Shown here one piece after another: positions 26,291 to 37,062 of a DNA stretch of 64,000 nucleotides; position 1 is the first letter of the stretch; each line of letters starts with the position of its first letter. Source of the DNA: a virus. Location of the stretch: the IMG/VR virus record IMGVR_UViG_3300046355_000213, positions 1 through 64,000 of that record, one strand, 5' to 3'. The notes under the pieces are model-generated. The model saw only the letters and a program-made list of their open reading frames with translations. It was not told where the DNA came from and ran no database searches. The position numbers and the translations under genes are program-made.

Positions 26291-26792
26291 GAACATGGTT
26301 CCTGCTGAAATCATCAACGTCAAAGCCGAAGGCAATATCTGCCGGATGCTGGGCCTGATAGACGAAGAAAACAAACTCACAGACGCAGCTAAAGGAGTGC
26401 TGGTAGAGGTCAACAATGTAGTTGGCAAAGCCAAACGGAAGACACAGAAGGTCCTGTTGGGAAAAGACCACGAACAGTATATTATCCTGTACCGTGACAT
26501 GTGGCCCAAGGGCAATCTTCCCAGTGGCAAACCCGCAAGACTCAGCATACCTGACTTGCGTAAGAAGTTCACCGACTTCTTTAAAGTACATGATTATAAC
26601 TGGGGCATTATTCTTAAAGCCACCCAGGAATACATCAGACAAAAAGAACACAGCCAGTTCATGATGACCTCCGGGTATTTTATCATGAAAAATGAACAAT
26701 CAGAGCTAGCCAGTTACTGTGAACTGGTAGAAGATCCTAGCTTTGTGCAGCAATCCACTGTCAATTTGTACAGCCACATGACGGCAGAATAA
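26211..26792 (+). CDS. putative replication initiator-like protein
   Basis: YRDMWP...ILKATQEYI...YFIMK; directly upstream of DnaB. Confidence 0.65.
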   Translation: MNTDIWNVLVKYRMSPNQLYLIHCISENMVPAEIINVKAEGNICRMLGLIDEENKLTDAAKGVLVEVNNVVGKAKRKTQKVLLGKDHEQYIILYRDMWPKGNLPSGKPARLSIPDLRKKFTDFFKVHDYNWGIILKATQEYIRQKEHSQFMMTSGYFIMKNEQSELASYCELVEDPSFVQQSTVNLYSHMTAE

Positions 26793-26880
26793 TTATTTGT
26801 AGAGGTTATTGCATTTATTGTAGAGGTGTATTATATTTACAACCCCAAAGTCTACAAGGTCACACAATTTATAAACAAAC

Positions 26881-27858
26881 ATGAACAACGAGGTCAAACC
26901 CAGGGAATTATGGACCAGGCTTGATGTCCTGCATAAACAGGGGATTGAGTACATGGTGAAACGCAAGGCGGGTTTAGTTACTTCTTTGAGAACACCATGG
27001 CAAAAATTTGATGACATAGGGATGGGCGGCCTGGAATGGGGCACCATAACTACTATTGGCGGACGTTCAGGAGATGGTAAGACTGCCATTCTTTTACAGA
27101 TAACCCGCAACCTGCACCAGCTGAATCCACAGGAAGAGTTTGCTATCCTGGACTTTCAGTTCGAGATGACCGCAGAGAAGACTGCTCTAAGAGAGTTCTC
27201 CTCCTACACCAAAAAGAGTATCAAGCAACTGGGCAGTGCCATCGGCACCATTGACCAGTCTACTATTGACCTACTGCGCACTTATTCAGAAGCACACAAG
27301 GACCGGGATATCTACCAGATAGACCAGAAGATGACTGTGCCCATGATCAAGCGGCAGATCGTAGAGTTCTATAGAAAAGTACAGAAGCCCGTAGTTATTA
27401 CCATTGACCACTCTTACCTGGTTCAGGTGGGTGATGAGAAAAGTGAGTTGGCTATGCTTCACAATCTTGGCAGCATGATGACTGAGTTGAAAAAATCCAT
27501 GCCCTGTCTGTTCATTGTACTAAGCCAAATGAAAAGAGACATAGAGGACCAGTTACGCAGAACACCAGGAAGAGCAGGTAATTATCCTACCTCCTCTGAC
27601 TTCTACGGTGGCGATGCGCTATACAATCACTCAGACATCATGATTGCCATTGACCGCCCTTTCCAAAAAGGCGTGGTGCCTTACGGGCCACAGGAATTTA
27701 ACGTGCATCCAAGCCATGTCATACTCCATGTACTCAAAGCGCGTGACGGGGCTCCGGATAAATTATTATTCTTTGAAGGGGACTTTGCAAACATGACCCT
27801 CAAAGAGTGCAGCCCGCCACCGTGCAACAAACCAGTTTTTATACAATCAAAACCATAG
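26881..27858 (+). CDS. dnaB: DnaB-like replicative helicase
   Basis: GGRSGDGKT, FQFEM, IDH, LSQM, LKARDG. Confidence 0.92.
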   Translation: MNNEVKPRELWTRLDVLHKQGIEYMVKRKAGLVTSLRTPWQKFDDIGMGGLEWGTITTIGGRSGDGKTAILLQITRNLHQLNPQEEFAILDFQFEMTAEKTALREFSSYTKKSIKQLGSAIGTIDQSTIDLLRTYSEAHKDRDIYQIDQKMTVPMIKRQIVEFYRKVQKPVVITIDHSYLVQVGDEKSELAMLHNLGSMMTELKKSMPCLFIVLSQMKRDIEDQLRRTPGRAGNYPTSSDFYGGDALYNHSDIMIAIDRPFQKGVVPYGPQEFNVHPSHVILHVLKARDGAPDKLLFFEGDFANMTLKECSPPPCNKPVFIQSKP

Positions 27859-27862
27859 TAAC

Positions 27863-28456
27863 ATGTACAGTACAAAAGAAGTCAGAAATACTTCTGAGAT
27901 TAAAGCAGAGAACCGAAAAGCTCTGCGGGAGTATCACAGACAGACCCTGGCAGAGATGAACGCACCAGAAACGTCCCTGGATGGTAAGGTGGCCTTTATG
28001 TATAACAACCGCAAGGTCGTTACTGTATTTGGCAACCAGATGAACCGGGAACCTTCCGGTTACTTCTTTGAGATCACAGACAATGTGAACAATCCTGTTG
28101 ACCCCAAGCGTACCCTGTATTGGATAAGACCCAATGCTAACTACAGCGAAGAGTATGAAGAACAGGTAGAGAAGAACAACACCCTGGGGTATGTAACCCC
28201 TGAGACAAAAATGTATTATCTACCTCTTGAAGAGGCTGTTCCGGTAACCAAGGGAGCCAAAGCAGCAGCAGCTATCATGAGTTCAAAAGAGGTCTTTGCC
28301 CTGGATAAGATTGACACAACCGTGCCTGATGAAGACATGGACCTGTCGCGCATGACTATCCTGGACCAACTGGCCATTACACAGCTGGAACCTGTGAGTA
28401 ACAAGAAGTTCCTCAATGACAAAATTAAGGCCATAAAACAAGCAAGAAAGAACTAA
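27863..28456 (+). CDS. hypothetical protein
   Basis: 197-aa ORF. Confidence 0.75.
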   Translation: MYSTKEVRNTSEIKAENRKALREYHRQTLAEMNAPETSLDGKVAFMYNNRKVVTVFGNQMNREPSGYFFEITDNVNNPVDPKRTLYWIRPNANYSEEYEEQVEKNNTLGYVTPETKMYYLPLEEAVPVTKGAKAAAAIMSSKEVFALDKIDTTVPDEDMDLSRMTILDQLAITQLEPVSNKKFLNDKIKAIKQARKN

Positions 28457-28458
28457 AC

Positions 28459-29208
28459 ATGGAACCTGGAACAATTGTGCTGCCGACTGCACCTATTGCG
28501 GCAACAACCCAAAACCCGAAGAACCTCATCCTGTTCTCTAAGCCTAAAGTAGGCAAGACAGAACTATTGGCAGGTTTACAGGACTGCCTGATCATTGACC
28601 TTGAGAATGGTACTGACTACGTAAATGCTATGAAGCTAAAAGCGGCGTCAGTAAAGGACATCAAGAGCATTGGCCAGGCTATTATTCAGGCTGGAAAGCC
28701 CTACAAGTACATCGCTGTGGACACTATCACGGCACTAGAAGAAATGTGTATCCCCTATGCAGAACAGCTGTATAGCAATACACCTATGGGTAAGAACTGG
28801 TTTACCAAGGGCAAGGCCGAGTACGGCACTATCCTGAACATGCCACAGGGTGCTGGTTATCCTTACCTAAGAGAAGCTTTCTCCAAGGTAATTGACTACA
28901 TCAAAACCCTGGCACCGCACGTGATCTTAGTGGGACACGTAAAAGACACCGTCATTGACAAAAATGGCACGGATGTAAATGCTCTTGAGCTTGACCTAAC
29001 AGGCAAGATTAAACGCATCACCTGTGCCAACTCGGATGCTATTGGATATCTCTACCGCAAAGGCAAGGAGAACATCCTGAGCTTCCAGACAACAGATGAC
29101 ATTGCCTGTGGTGCAAGACCCACCCACCTCCAGAACAAGGAGATTGTAGTATCAGAGATGACAGACAAAGGTGTTGTCACTCACTGGGACAAAGTATTCA
29201 TTTCATAA
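28459..29208 (+). CDS. AAA_24 / Sak4-like ATPase
   Basis: SKPKVGKT, IDLENG, VDTIT, LVGH. Confidence 0.85.
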   Translation: MEPGTIVLPTAPIAATTQNPKNLILFSKPKVGKTELLAGLQDCLIIDLENGTDYVNAMKLKAASVKDIKSIGQAIIQAGKPYKYIAVDTITALEEMCIPYAEQLYSNTPMGKNWFTKGKAEYGTILNMPQGAGYPYLREAFSKVIDYIKTLAPHVILVGHVKDTVIDKNGTDVNALELDLTGKIKRITCANSDAIGYLYRKGKENILSFQTTDDIACGARPTHLQNKEIVVSEMTDKGVVTHWDKVFIS

Positions 29209-29234
29209 GTAAATTTTTTAAACAACTATATAAT

Positions 29235-29954
29235 ATGCTTAGTACAAGAAACGTAAAAGACACAGCGGGATCAGGTAAGACAAACGCAAAGATTCAACCA
29301 GGTAATCATACTGTGAAGATCCACAGTGTGGAATTAAAAGAGGGTTACAACTTCCAGCAGACCCGTGGCTATGAGGTCATCTTAAATGTAGAGACTTCTC
29401 CTATCGGGGAAGACTTTGAAGGCTTCTTGGTAAACAAAGATAATCCTTCTGGTCCCCGTTATTTGGGTCAGGTAGGCCGTGTGAAATTCCAGTACCACAG
29501 CTTTGCAGATGGTGTTACTAAAAACGGTACACCAACCAACCGTGACAACAGTATCTTAAGTGCCATGGTACGTATTGCTAACGTTTTGGGTGTACGCCAG
29601 GAATTGGATGACACCATTGACGCCGCAGCTATTTCCCGCATTGAAGAATTGATGCCGGTAGCTACCCAGGTGTTCCGTGGCAAGTGGTTGGATACTTGTA
29701 TCTGTGGCCGTGCCTACAAGGACAAGGGAGGCTATACAGCGTACGAACTGTTCATGCCTTATACAAGACAAGGTAAACTTGGTTTTGAGGGCAAGGGAGC
29801 CAACACAGGCAACCTGCAGGTGTTTGATGCGGCAACGCACATCATCCCGGTAAAAGAAGACAAACCGGTACAAGGCTTTGAGCCAGTGAACAACGGTATG
29901 GACTTCTCTGCAGCCCCTGCAACAGCAAGCAACGGTGACTTTGACTTGATGTAA
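29235..29954 (+). CDS. putative ssDNA-binding protein
   Basis: Follows Sak4-like gene; IQPGNHTVKI start; acidic tail GDFDLM. Confidence 0.6.
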   Translation: MLSTRNVKDTAGSGKTNAKIQPGNHTVKIHSVELKEGYNFQQTRGYEVILNVETSPIGEDFEGFLVNKDNPSGPRYLGQVGRVKFQYHSFADGVTKNGTPTNRDNSILSAMVRIANVLGVRQELDDTIDAAAISRIEELMPVATQVFRGKWLDTCICGRAYKDKGGYTAYELFMPYTRQGKLGFEGKGANTGNLQVFDAATHIIPVKEDKPVQGFEPVNNGMDFSAAPATASNGDFDLM

Positions 29955-29984
29955 CAGTAACAATTTGTTTTTGTGTGATTGTGC

Positions 29985-30011
29985 AAGGGTAGGGAGTTTC
30001 TCTCTACCCTT
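29985..30011 (+). terminator. hairpin (terminator or processing site)
   Basis: AAGGGTAGGGAG / CTCTCTACCCTT, weak U tail. Confidence 0.5.
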
Positions 30012-30036
30012 CATTGTCCACTTTAATTTCAGCTGT

Positions 30037-31032
30037 ATGCTTAAGACAAAAAACCTAGTCTCTGGTGTCAAGGAAGTCCCTTACACCTGGATATTTGAAC
30101 ACTACTGCAACTTACCCGAGAAGCTTGGCGGACAAGACCTGAAGATAACAAGTCTCTGGAAAAATGAGCGTACTCCCAGTATGTGTATTTACTTTGACAG
30201 AACCGCTAATAAGTATAAGTTCAAAGACTTCAGTACAGACAGACAAGGTGATGCCTACACGCTGGTAAAAGAACTGAAGAACTGTGACTTCTATCAGGCT
30301 GCTCATGATATTGTAGACAACTATAATGAGTTTGTACTGCACAACAACGGCGGCTATGATATACAGGAATTCAAGAAGCAAAGCAAATATAGGGTAGTTG
30401 ACACCGTTGTCCGTGGCTGGACCACTGCTGACCAGTATTTCTGGACCAAGTTTAATATTGGCTCCAGGCTGTTGGAACAGCACTGCGTAAAGCCTCTGGA
30501 GAGCTATACCATGAGCAAGGAAGAAGATGGTGATGTTAAGACGCTGGAGATCTCCGGCAGGAACATCTACGGATACTTCAAAGCCAATGGAGAGCTCTAT
30601 AAAATTTATCAGCCCAAGGTACAGGACAAGAAATTCATTAAAGTTAAAGACTATGTGCAGGGTTCCGAGCAGCTAAAAGGACATGACTACCTGGTCATTG
30701 CCTCTTCCCTCAAGGACCTGATGTCACTGAAGAGTCTAAACCTTAAAGTAGATGTTATTGCTCCTGACTCTGAGAACTCCATGATCAAAAAAGAGATGAT
30801 GGAAGAGCTCAAGAGCAGGTACAAAACTGTCATCACCCTCTTTGACAATGATGAAGCTGGTATCAAGGCAATGAATAAGTATGAAGAGCAGTATCAGATT
30901 CCATTTATCCACCTCAGGATGAGTAAAGACCTGGCGGACAGTGTTCGGGACTTCGGTTCCAGGGAGACTACCGTTAAGCTGGTGCCTTTACTTAACCGCA
31001 GAATAGTAACTGAAGACCATGCTCAAGACTAG
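30037..31032 (+). CDS. DNA primase (Toprim)
   Basis: ERTPS...FKDFS N-domain; SSLKD, APDSE, FDNDEAG, KDLAD. Confidence 0.85.
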   Translation: MLKTKNLVSGVKEVPYTWIFEHYCNLPEKLGGQDLKITSLWKNERTPSMCIYFDRTANKYKFKDFSTDRQGDAYTLVKELKNCDFYQAAHDIVDNYNEFVLHNNGGYDIQEFKKQSKYRVVDTVVRGWTTADQYFWTKFNIGSRLLEQHCVKPLESYTMSKEEDGDVKTLEISGRNIYGYFKANGELYKIYQPKVQDKKFIKVKDYVQGSEQLKGHDYLVIASSLKDLMSLKSLNLKVDVIAPDSENSMIKKEMMEELKSRYKTVITLFDNDEAGIKAMNKYEEQYQIPFIHLRMSKDLADSVRDFGSRETTVKLVPLLNRRIVTEDHAQD

Positions 31033-31501
31033 CAAGCAAGACCACTGGTATTACTCACCAGTAGGATATGTCACAGACATTTCCCAACTATTAAACTACG
31101 AGAACCTGGAAGGGTTTGTCTACTGTATCACCAATTTAAAAACAGGTGCTTTCTACATAGGGAAAAAGTCCCTGTATAGTAACATCAAAAAAAGGATTGG
31201 CGTACGGGAGAAAGCCCTGACTAAAACCCGTAAGACATTCCAGAGACTCAGAAAAGAGTCTGACTGGAAAAAGTACTATGGCTCCAACAAAGACCTGCAG
31301 GCTCATGTAAAAGAGCTGGGCCCTGGAGAGTTTCATAGAGAAATCCTGGAGCTGTGCTGCACCAAAAAGTATTTATCCTATTGTGAGTTTGCCTGGCAAA
31401 TTAAAAAGGATGTACTGAAGATGCCACACTCTTACAACGGCAATATCCTGGGCCGCTATTATTCACGCGACATGGAAAATTGCATAACCAACACAAAGTA
31501 A
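31019..31501 (+). CDS. GIY-YIG family endonuclease
   Basis: GFVYCITN...FYIGKK, YYGS, REIL, YNGNI. Confidence 0.8.
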   Translation: MLKTSKQDHWYYSPVGYVTDISQLLNYENLEGFVYCITNLKTGAFYIGKKSLYSNIKKRIGVREKALTKTRKTFQRLRKESDWKKYYGSNKDLQAHVKELGPGEFHREILELCCTKKYLSYCEFAWQIKKDVLKMPHSYNGNILGRYYSRDMENCITNTK

Positions 31502-31503
31502 CT

Positions 31504-31875
31504 ATGGGAGATTTACACCAAAGTGTTATGGGACAGAAGCTGATACAGCACACTATCCCGGAGATCCACTTCCAGCTCAAGCGAATAGCTGATACCCTGG
31601 ACATCCTTGTTAAGAGGGAATATGAGAAGAAAGCCAAAGTCATCAATGTACTACATGGTATCCGGATGGTTAAAGTCAAGCCGGGAGAATACCTGATGGA
31701 CTACATGGGGGACCAGTGGCGCGTATACCGCGAGCAGATCTCGTATATGTACTGGTGGTACGGGGAAAAAGTTGGGGACAACAGTGCCAAAGCTTTTAAG
31801 TCAGACACTAAGAATGAAGTACTGCAGAAGATCAAGATCAGCTACAACTTACCCAGTAAAAATGTAGAGTTATGA
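31504..31875 (+). CDS. hypothetical protein
   Basis: ATG 31504; LKRIADTL. Confidence 0.65.
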   Translation: MGDLHQSVMGQKLIQHTIPEIHFQLKRIADTLDILVKREYEKKAKVINVLHGIRMVKVKPGEYLMDYMGDQWRVYREQISYMYWWYGEKVGDNSAKAFKSDTKNEVLQKIKISYNLPSKNVEL

Positions 31876-32096
31876 GCAAAATGAGTCAGGCTGCTGCTGC
31901 CCTTGACGAAGAAGTGGGCATAGCAGATTTACAAAAAGCACAAGCATCCACCAAGGATGCCTATGAATTTTTAGAAAGACTGGAAGCACACACCTGGTGC
32001 CGTAAGACACAAGGTGAAATCCAGGCTTACCTGCGGGCAGTAAACTACTGGCCTGCATTAAATGAAGACAAGACAGTTAAGGACGCGGAGCTATAA
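31872..32096 (+). CDS. hypothetical protein
   Basis: ATGA overlap. Confidence 0.6.
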   Translation: MSKMSQAAAALDEEVGIADLQKAQASTKDAYEFLERLEAHTWCRKTQGEIQAYLRAVNYWPALNEDKTVKDAEL

Positions 32097-32117
32097 GCTC
32101 CCACTAAAAGCAAAATA

Positions 32118-33170
32118 ATGATGGACTTATTATCAACCAGAACTCATGAGGATGCCTTAGATGCATTCTACTCCAAGCCGTTCCAGTTTAGCTACAGCAG
32201 TTTAAACAAACTATTGTGGAACCCTGCGGCATTTTACCAAATGTATGTACTCGGCTTAAGAGAAGAGATGACAGAATCCTATATTGTTCAGGGTAAGGTC
32301 ATCCATACTTTACTTTTAGAGCCGGAGAAGTTTGATGACCAGTACATAGTGTCCCCTTCTAAGTTGCCTTCAGACAATGTAAAAGTTATCATTGACCGGG
32401 TGTTCTCTCATCACACAGAGCTGGCTGCTCAAGGTGATAAGCGTGATATGCTGGGACAGTTTGCCCCTGCTATCATAGACATCATGGCCGACATGAACTT
32501 CTACCAGAATTTGACAGATGATAAGAAGACCGGTGTTACTGGTGATCAGAAGCGGTTGGAGAAAGTGATCACTGAGGAGTCTATCCTGTACTGGTCCTTT
32601 TTAAGAAGCCGCACTGGCAAGACCCTGGTAGCTTATGACCAGGTAGAGTACTGCAGAAATGCCGTAGAGATTATCAAAACCAACCAGGAGGTGTGTGACC
32701 TGCTTGGCTACGGCACGACAAGCTTTGACTTAAAAGATATCCACAACGAACAGTATATGGAAATCAAGCGATTACCTAACAGACCTTTTGGTCTAAAGGG
32801 TATCCTTGACAATCTGGTAGTTGACCATGAGGCAAAAATCATTTATATTAATGATGTAAAGACTACCTCCAAAGACCTGGTCAACTTCCCGGATAGCATA
32901 GACACGTTCAACTACTGGTTACAGGCTGCCATTTATTATACCATGGTGTGCACAGAGTACAAAGGACTGTTGACTGACGGCTACACGGTAGAGTTCAGGT
33001 TTATTGCCATTGACCGGATGTTCCAAACCTATGCCTTCCCTGTCAGTATTGACACTATGACCAAGTGGGTAGAAAAATTATTCCAAGAATTAGACAAGGC
33101 TCACTGGCATTATGAAAACAGAGCTTATGGCTTGCCGTATGCCCTGGACAATAAGCTGGTAGTCTTATAG
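32118..33170 (+). CDS. PD-(D/E)XK exonuclease (RecE/ExoVIII-like)
   Basis: FSYSSL, GKVIHTLLLEP, LKGILD...DVKTT, YWLQAAIY. Confidence 0.85.
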   Translation: MMDLLSTRTHEDALDAFYSKPFQFSYSSLNKLLWNPAAFYQMYVLGLREEMTESYIVQGKVIHTLLLEPEKFDDQYIVSPSKLPSDNVKVIIDRVFSHHTELAAQGDKRDMLGQFAPAIIDIMADMNFYQNLTDDKKTGVTGDQKRLEKVITEESILYWSFLRSRTGKTLVAYDQVEYCRNAVEIIKTNQEVCDLLGYGTTSFDLKDIHNEQYMEIKRLPNRPFGLKGILDNLVVDHEAKIIYINDVKTTSKDLVNFPDSIDTFNYWLQAAIYYTMVCTEYKGLLTDGYTVEFRFIAIDRMFQTYAFPVSIDTMTKWVEKLFQELDKAHWHYENRAYGLPYALDNKLVVL

Positions 33171-33181
33171 ACACACAGCAG

Positions 33182-33745
33182 ATGATAACAGCAATATATG
33201 CTAAATACTTTCAGAAGTCCAAGACTTTTCTATACCCTTTCCTAAGTATCCCTAAGAATGCTCCATACGCTCCTGCCGGGGTGTATGTGAGCTGGGAAGG
33301 TGTGTTCACTGCCCAGGACAAAAAGCTCATAGTCGTATTCAAGCACCCGGATGACCTGGAGTTCCAGGACTTCCTCATCACTTACCTGTACAACAATCCC
33401 CTGTTTTTAGAGGAAAGGTCTACAAGTAATGAAGAGCGTGTGTTTGTATTTAACCTGGCGGCTTATGGCCCGGACCATGAACATTTCCTACAGGGAAGGT
33501 ACTCACAATTCAGTAACAAGAGTAAGAAGATCATACGCAACTACTTTGGTGAAACCTCCCAAGAATACAGGTTTATAGACACTTATCTGTACCCTGACCG
33601 GTACTTTGAGCTGTATGCAAAGCTGTTGAATGTGGATATGGTTTTACTGGAAGTGGTGGGCGAGCTATGTGATAAGTACAATCCTGTAGAAGAAGAGTTA
33701 AAAATTATTGTAGAAGATTTGGAGGTCTCCAAAAAAGCTCTTTAA
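33182..33745 (+). CDS. hypothetical protein
   Basis: FLYP...FLQGRYSQF; 187 aa. Confidence 0.75.
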   Translation: MITAIYAKYFQKSKTFLYPFLSIPKNAPYAPAGVYVSWEGVFTAQDKKLIVVFKHPDDLEFQDFLITYLYNNPLFLEERSTSNEERVFVFNLAAYGPDHEHFLQGRYSQFSNKSKKIIRNYFGETSQEYRFIDTYLYPDRYFELYAKLLNVDMVLLEVVGELCDKYNPVEEELKIIVEDLEVSKKAL

Positions 33746-33779
33746 TTTGTAGAAGTTTCACTAAACCAAAACCGTCCCT

Positions 33780-34178
33780 ATGACAAAGTCCATGTTGTTG
33801 ATTACCTCCAAGTGGGGAGACAATCAAACATTCAAAATGATACCGGTTACACCAGAAGCACCTTTCAATGAGGTGATCTTTGACCCGGAGCAGAAAGTAT
33901 TAGCCATTGTAGGCAAAGAGAAGAAGCAGACTTTCCACATGCTGCCAAAGTTAGATGACACTGGCCGCTTGATGCCTTTAAAAAACAAGCGTGTTGACGG
34001 TAAGGACTATGCAGAAGAGAGAAGATTGGTTGAGACCTATTATGAGTACTTCATTGAAGACCAGCAAGAGATCACAGACTTCATCAAACACTTCGCACTA
34101 AACGCCGGTTCATTTGACTTTGGTCAGTATGTAACTGAAGCATTTACTGCCCCTATCGAAAGCCCAGTAACAATGTAA
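33780..34178 (+). CDS. hypothetical protein
   Basis: 132-aa ORF after promoter-like region. Confidence 0.75.
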   Translation: MTKSMLLITSKWGDNQTFKMIPVTPEAPFNEVIFDPEQKVLAIVGKEKKQTFHMLPKLDDTGRLMPLKNKRVDGKDYAEERRLVETYYEYFIEDQQEITDFIKHFALNAGSFDFGQYVTEAFTAPIESPVTM

Positions 34179-34195
34179 TTAAGCATTGTACAATT

Positions 34196-34225
34196 AAAGG
34201 GGAGTTTAATAGCTCCCTTTTTTTT
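34196..34225 (+). terminator. rho-independent terminator
   Basis: AGGGGAGTT-TAAT-AGCTCCCTT followed by T run. Confidence 0.75.
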
Positions 34226-34268
34226 GTACTCATACTACGACAATCAAGACAATTTTAAACCAAAGGAC

Positions 34269-36242
34269 ATGTTCAAGGTATACACAACCAACACTGATCT
34301 TGCTCCCAGCAAGTTGTATACTTCCTGCTCAAAAGATGAACTCCTAAACTTCCTGCAGACTGCAGACACCTTGTGCATTGACACAGAGACTACCGGCTTT
34401 GATCCCCACCAGGAAAAAATGCTGTGTATCCAGCTGGGCAATAAGAACGAGCAGTATGTTATAGACACCAGAGGTCTGAACGTACTCTTTCTAAAGCCTT
34501 ACCTGGAAAATGCGCTGTTGATAGGCCAGAACCTAAAGTTTGACCTGAAGTTTTTGTATAAGCAAGGCATACACCCACGTAAGATCTATGACACTTTCGT
34601 AGCAGAAAAGGTCCTTAACTGTGGAGATAACCTTGTACGGGCAGGTTTAGATGCACTAGCGGAAAGATACTGTGGTGTTACCCTGGATAAGACAATAAGA
34701 ACCAACATTAAAAAGGAGGGACTGTCTGAGCGGGTGCTTCAGTATGCCGCAGATGACATCAAATACTTAGAAGACATCCGGGAAAAACAATTATTATCTC
34801 TCAGAGACAAGGACTTAATTGGTGCCCTCAATATTGAGAACAAGTTTACCCCTGCTCTGGCTTACATAGAGTACTGTGGGTTTAAACTGGACCGCAACAA
34901 ATGGCGGCTCAAAATGGAAAAGGACCAACAAAGACTGGAAGACTGCCTGGCTAAGCTCAATGATTGGGTCATGAGTAATGAACTTACTGATTTCATAGAC
35001 GCTCAGCTAGATATGTTTCAGGCGGTGGGATGCAGTGTCAACTGGTCCAGCTCCATGCAAGTGATTAACCTCTTTGAGTCATTGGGTATTGACTGCACAG
35101 TGGTAGAAAAAGGGGTGACTAAGAAGTCTGTGGAGGCATCTGTGATAGGTAAACACAGCCATGAACTGGTAAAGCTTTACCTGGCCTATAAGAAGGCTGA
35201 GAAAGTAACCAGCACCTATGGCAAGAACTTCCTGGCACAGATCAACCCTGCAACTCAAAGGCTGCACACCAACTTCAGACAGATCCTGGACACAGGTAGA
35301 ATATCCTCCGGAGGTAAAGACAAAAATACCGGGGAGGCTTATATCAATTTCCAGAACATTCCCTCTGATGCAGAGACCCGCAGCTGCTTTGTAGCAGAAC
35401 CAGGCAACACCCTTATTATCTCTGACTACTCTGGTCAGGAACAAATTGTACTGGCTAACAGAGCCCAAGATGATAATCTATTAGCTTTTTATGACAATGG
35501 CCTGGCAGATATGCACAGCTTTGTAGCTTCCAAGATGTACCCTGAACTAGAGGGACTCACTTTGGATGAAGTCAAAGACAAGCATAAGTCTAAAAGACAG
35601 GCAGCTAAGTCTGCGGGTTTTGCCATTAACTACGGCGGTCAAGGTATCACCATTGCAGACAACCTGGGTATTACCCTGGAAGAAGGCAACAAGATCTATG
35701 ACGCGTACTTCCAGGCATTTCCTGGACTGAGAAGATACTTTGACACAGTTAAGCAAAGTGGCCTTGAGTCAGGTTATATCCTTATCAATGATGTGACCCG
35801 CAGAAAGAGCTTTCTTCCATTTTTTCCTGAGTACAAAAGACTCGAGCAGGAGATGGACAGGAACTTCTGGACACGCTACAGGGAAGCTAAGACTAAACAG
35901 AGTTATGATTATCCTGAACTAAAGGATAAGGTATCCAAGTACTTCATGTACAAAGGAGACATAGAGCGCAAATCCCTGAACTTCCCCATCCAAGGCACCT
36001 CAGCTGAGATCACCAAGATCAGCTGCGTGTACATCTTTAACTACATCATTGAGCATAACCTCTTTGGCGCAGTGAAGTTTGTCAACACCGTGCATGATGA
36101 GAACGTACTGGAGTGTCCGCTCGAAATGAAAGACGAGATAGCAAAGATGGTTGAAGACGCCATGTGCAAAGCAGGTGAGATCTTCTGTAAAAGGGTCCCA
36201 CTAAAAGCGGAGCCTGAGCTATCAACTTATTGGAAAAAGTAA
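34269..36242 (+). CDS. polA: DNA polymerase family A with 3'-5' exonuclease
   Basis: DTETTG, QNLKFD, YAADD; DYSGQE (A), RQAAKSAGFAINYG (B), VHDE (C). Confidence 0.95.
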   Translation: MFKVYTTNTDLAPSKLYTSCSKDELLNFLQTADTLCIDTETTGFDPHQEKMLCIQLGNKNEQYVIDTRGLNVLFLKPYLENALLIGQNLKFDLKFLYKQGIHPRKIYDTFVAEKVLNCGDNLVRAGLDALAERYCGVTLDKTIRTNIKKEGLSERVLQYAADDIKYLEDIREKQLLSLRDKDLIGALNIENKFTPALAYIEYCGFKLDRNKWRLKMEKDQQRLEDCLAKLNDWVMSNELTDFIDAQLDMFQAVGCSVNWSSSMQVINLFESLGIDCTVVEKGVTKKSVEASVIGKHSHELVKLYLAYKKAEKVTSTYGKNFLAQINPATQRLHTNFRQILDTGRISSGGKDKNTGEAYINFQNIPSDAETRSCFVAEPGNTLIISDYSGQEQIVLANRAQDDNLLAFYDNGLADMHSFVASKMYPELEGLTLDEVKDKHKSKRQAAKSAGFAINYGGQGITIADNLGITLEEGNKIYDAYFQAFPGLRRYFDTVKQSGLESGYILINDVTRRKSFLPFFPEYKRLEQEMDRNFWTRYREAKTKQSYDYPELKDKVSKYFMYKGDIERKSLNFPIQGTSAEITKISCVYIFNYIIEHNLFGAVKFVNTVHDENVLECPLEMKDEIAKMVEDAMCKAGEIFCKRVPLKAEPELSTYWKK

Positions 36243-36255
36243 AAACCAAATACAC

Positions 36256-37059
36256 ATGCCAGCAAAAACAAGATATGCGAGCAAAGGAGAGGTAGCCAGT
36301 GCAAGGCTACCACAATATGACAAGACTTATACGGTAATCCCTCACAGCTCTGTAATAGACCAAACCTATGCAGAGTTACAAAAGAGTGGGTTCCGTATCA
36401 AGAATGAAAAGTACAAGGAAGCAAGAGGCTGTAATATCGTACAAGGCATCTATCACCTGGAACATGGTGATGATCCGGATATGGGCCTCATGTTTGCCTG
36501 GACAAACTCTTATGATAAGTCCATGCGTTTTAAGTGTGCCGTAGGTGCACACGTATACGTATGTGACAATGGTGTGATGTCGGGTGACATGTCCACTTGG
36601 GCACGTAAACACACCGGTACAGCGGATCAGGAAATGAATGAGACGGTGTCTCACCAGATCCGCAATGCTACCTCATACTACAGTAAACTCATTCAACAGA
36701 AGAATGAGATTAAGAACATTGGACTGACAAAGTCTGAGCAGGGAGAAATCATTGGCAAGCTCTTTATTGAGCATGAGGTGCTTACCCTGACGCAGCTTGG
36801 CATCGTACAAAGAGAGTTGGGTAAACCTTCTCATAACTACGGTGTAGGTCAGGACAGTGCATGGGCCCTGTATAACCACGTGACCATTGCACTGAAAGAG
36901 TCTCACCCGTTGAGCTTTATATCAGACCACGAGACTGTACACAAAGTATTTGTTGATACACTGTTGCATACCCTGGTAAAACCGGCTGTATTGCAACAGG
37001 TCTATGAGCATATAGAAGAACCTGTGTACAGTGCGGATCCATCTGTTGTTTATTTATAA
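36256..37059 (+). CDS. DUF932/DUF945-like protein
   Basis: NSYDKS...VCDNG...RKHTG, SAWALYN. Confidence 0.75.
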   Translation: MPAKTRYASKGEVASARLPQYDKTYTVIPHSSVIDQTYAELQKSGFRIKNEKYKEARGCNIVQGIYHLEHGDDPDMGLMFAWTNSYDKSMRFKCAVGAHVYVCDNGVMSGDMSTWARKHTGTADQEMNETVSHQIRNATSYYSKLIQQKNEIKNIGLTKSEQGEIIGKLFIEHEVLTLTQLGIVQRELGKPSHNYGVGQDSAWALYNHVTIALKESHPLSFISDHETVHKVFVDTLLHTLVKPAVLQQVYEHIEEPVYSADPSVVYL

Positions 37060-37062
37060 ACT

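Noticed and set aside
32118-33170. Cas4 indicating a CRISPR system
   Set aside because: No four-Cys Fe-S motif and no cas genes or array; context with Sak4-like and SSB-like genes indicates a recombination exonuclease
26881-36242. Inteins or group I introns in DnaB, primase or PolA
   Set aside because: Proteins are compact with contiguous motifs and no intein-like insertions or splits
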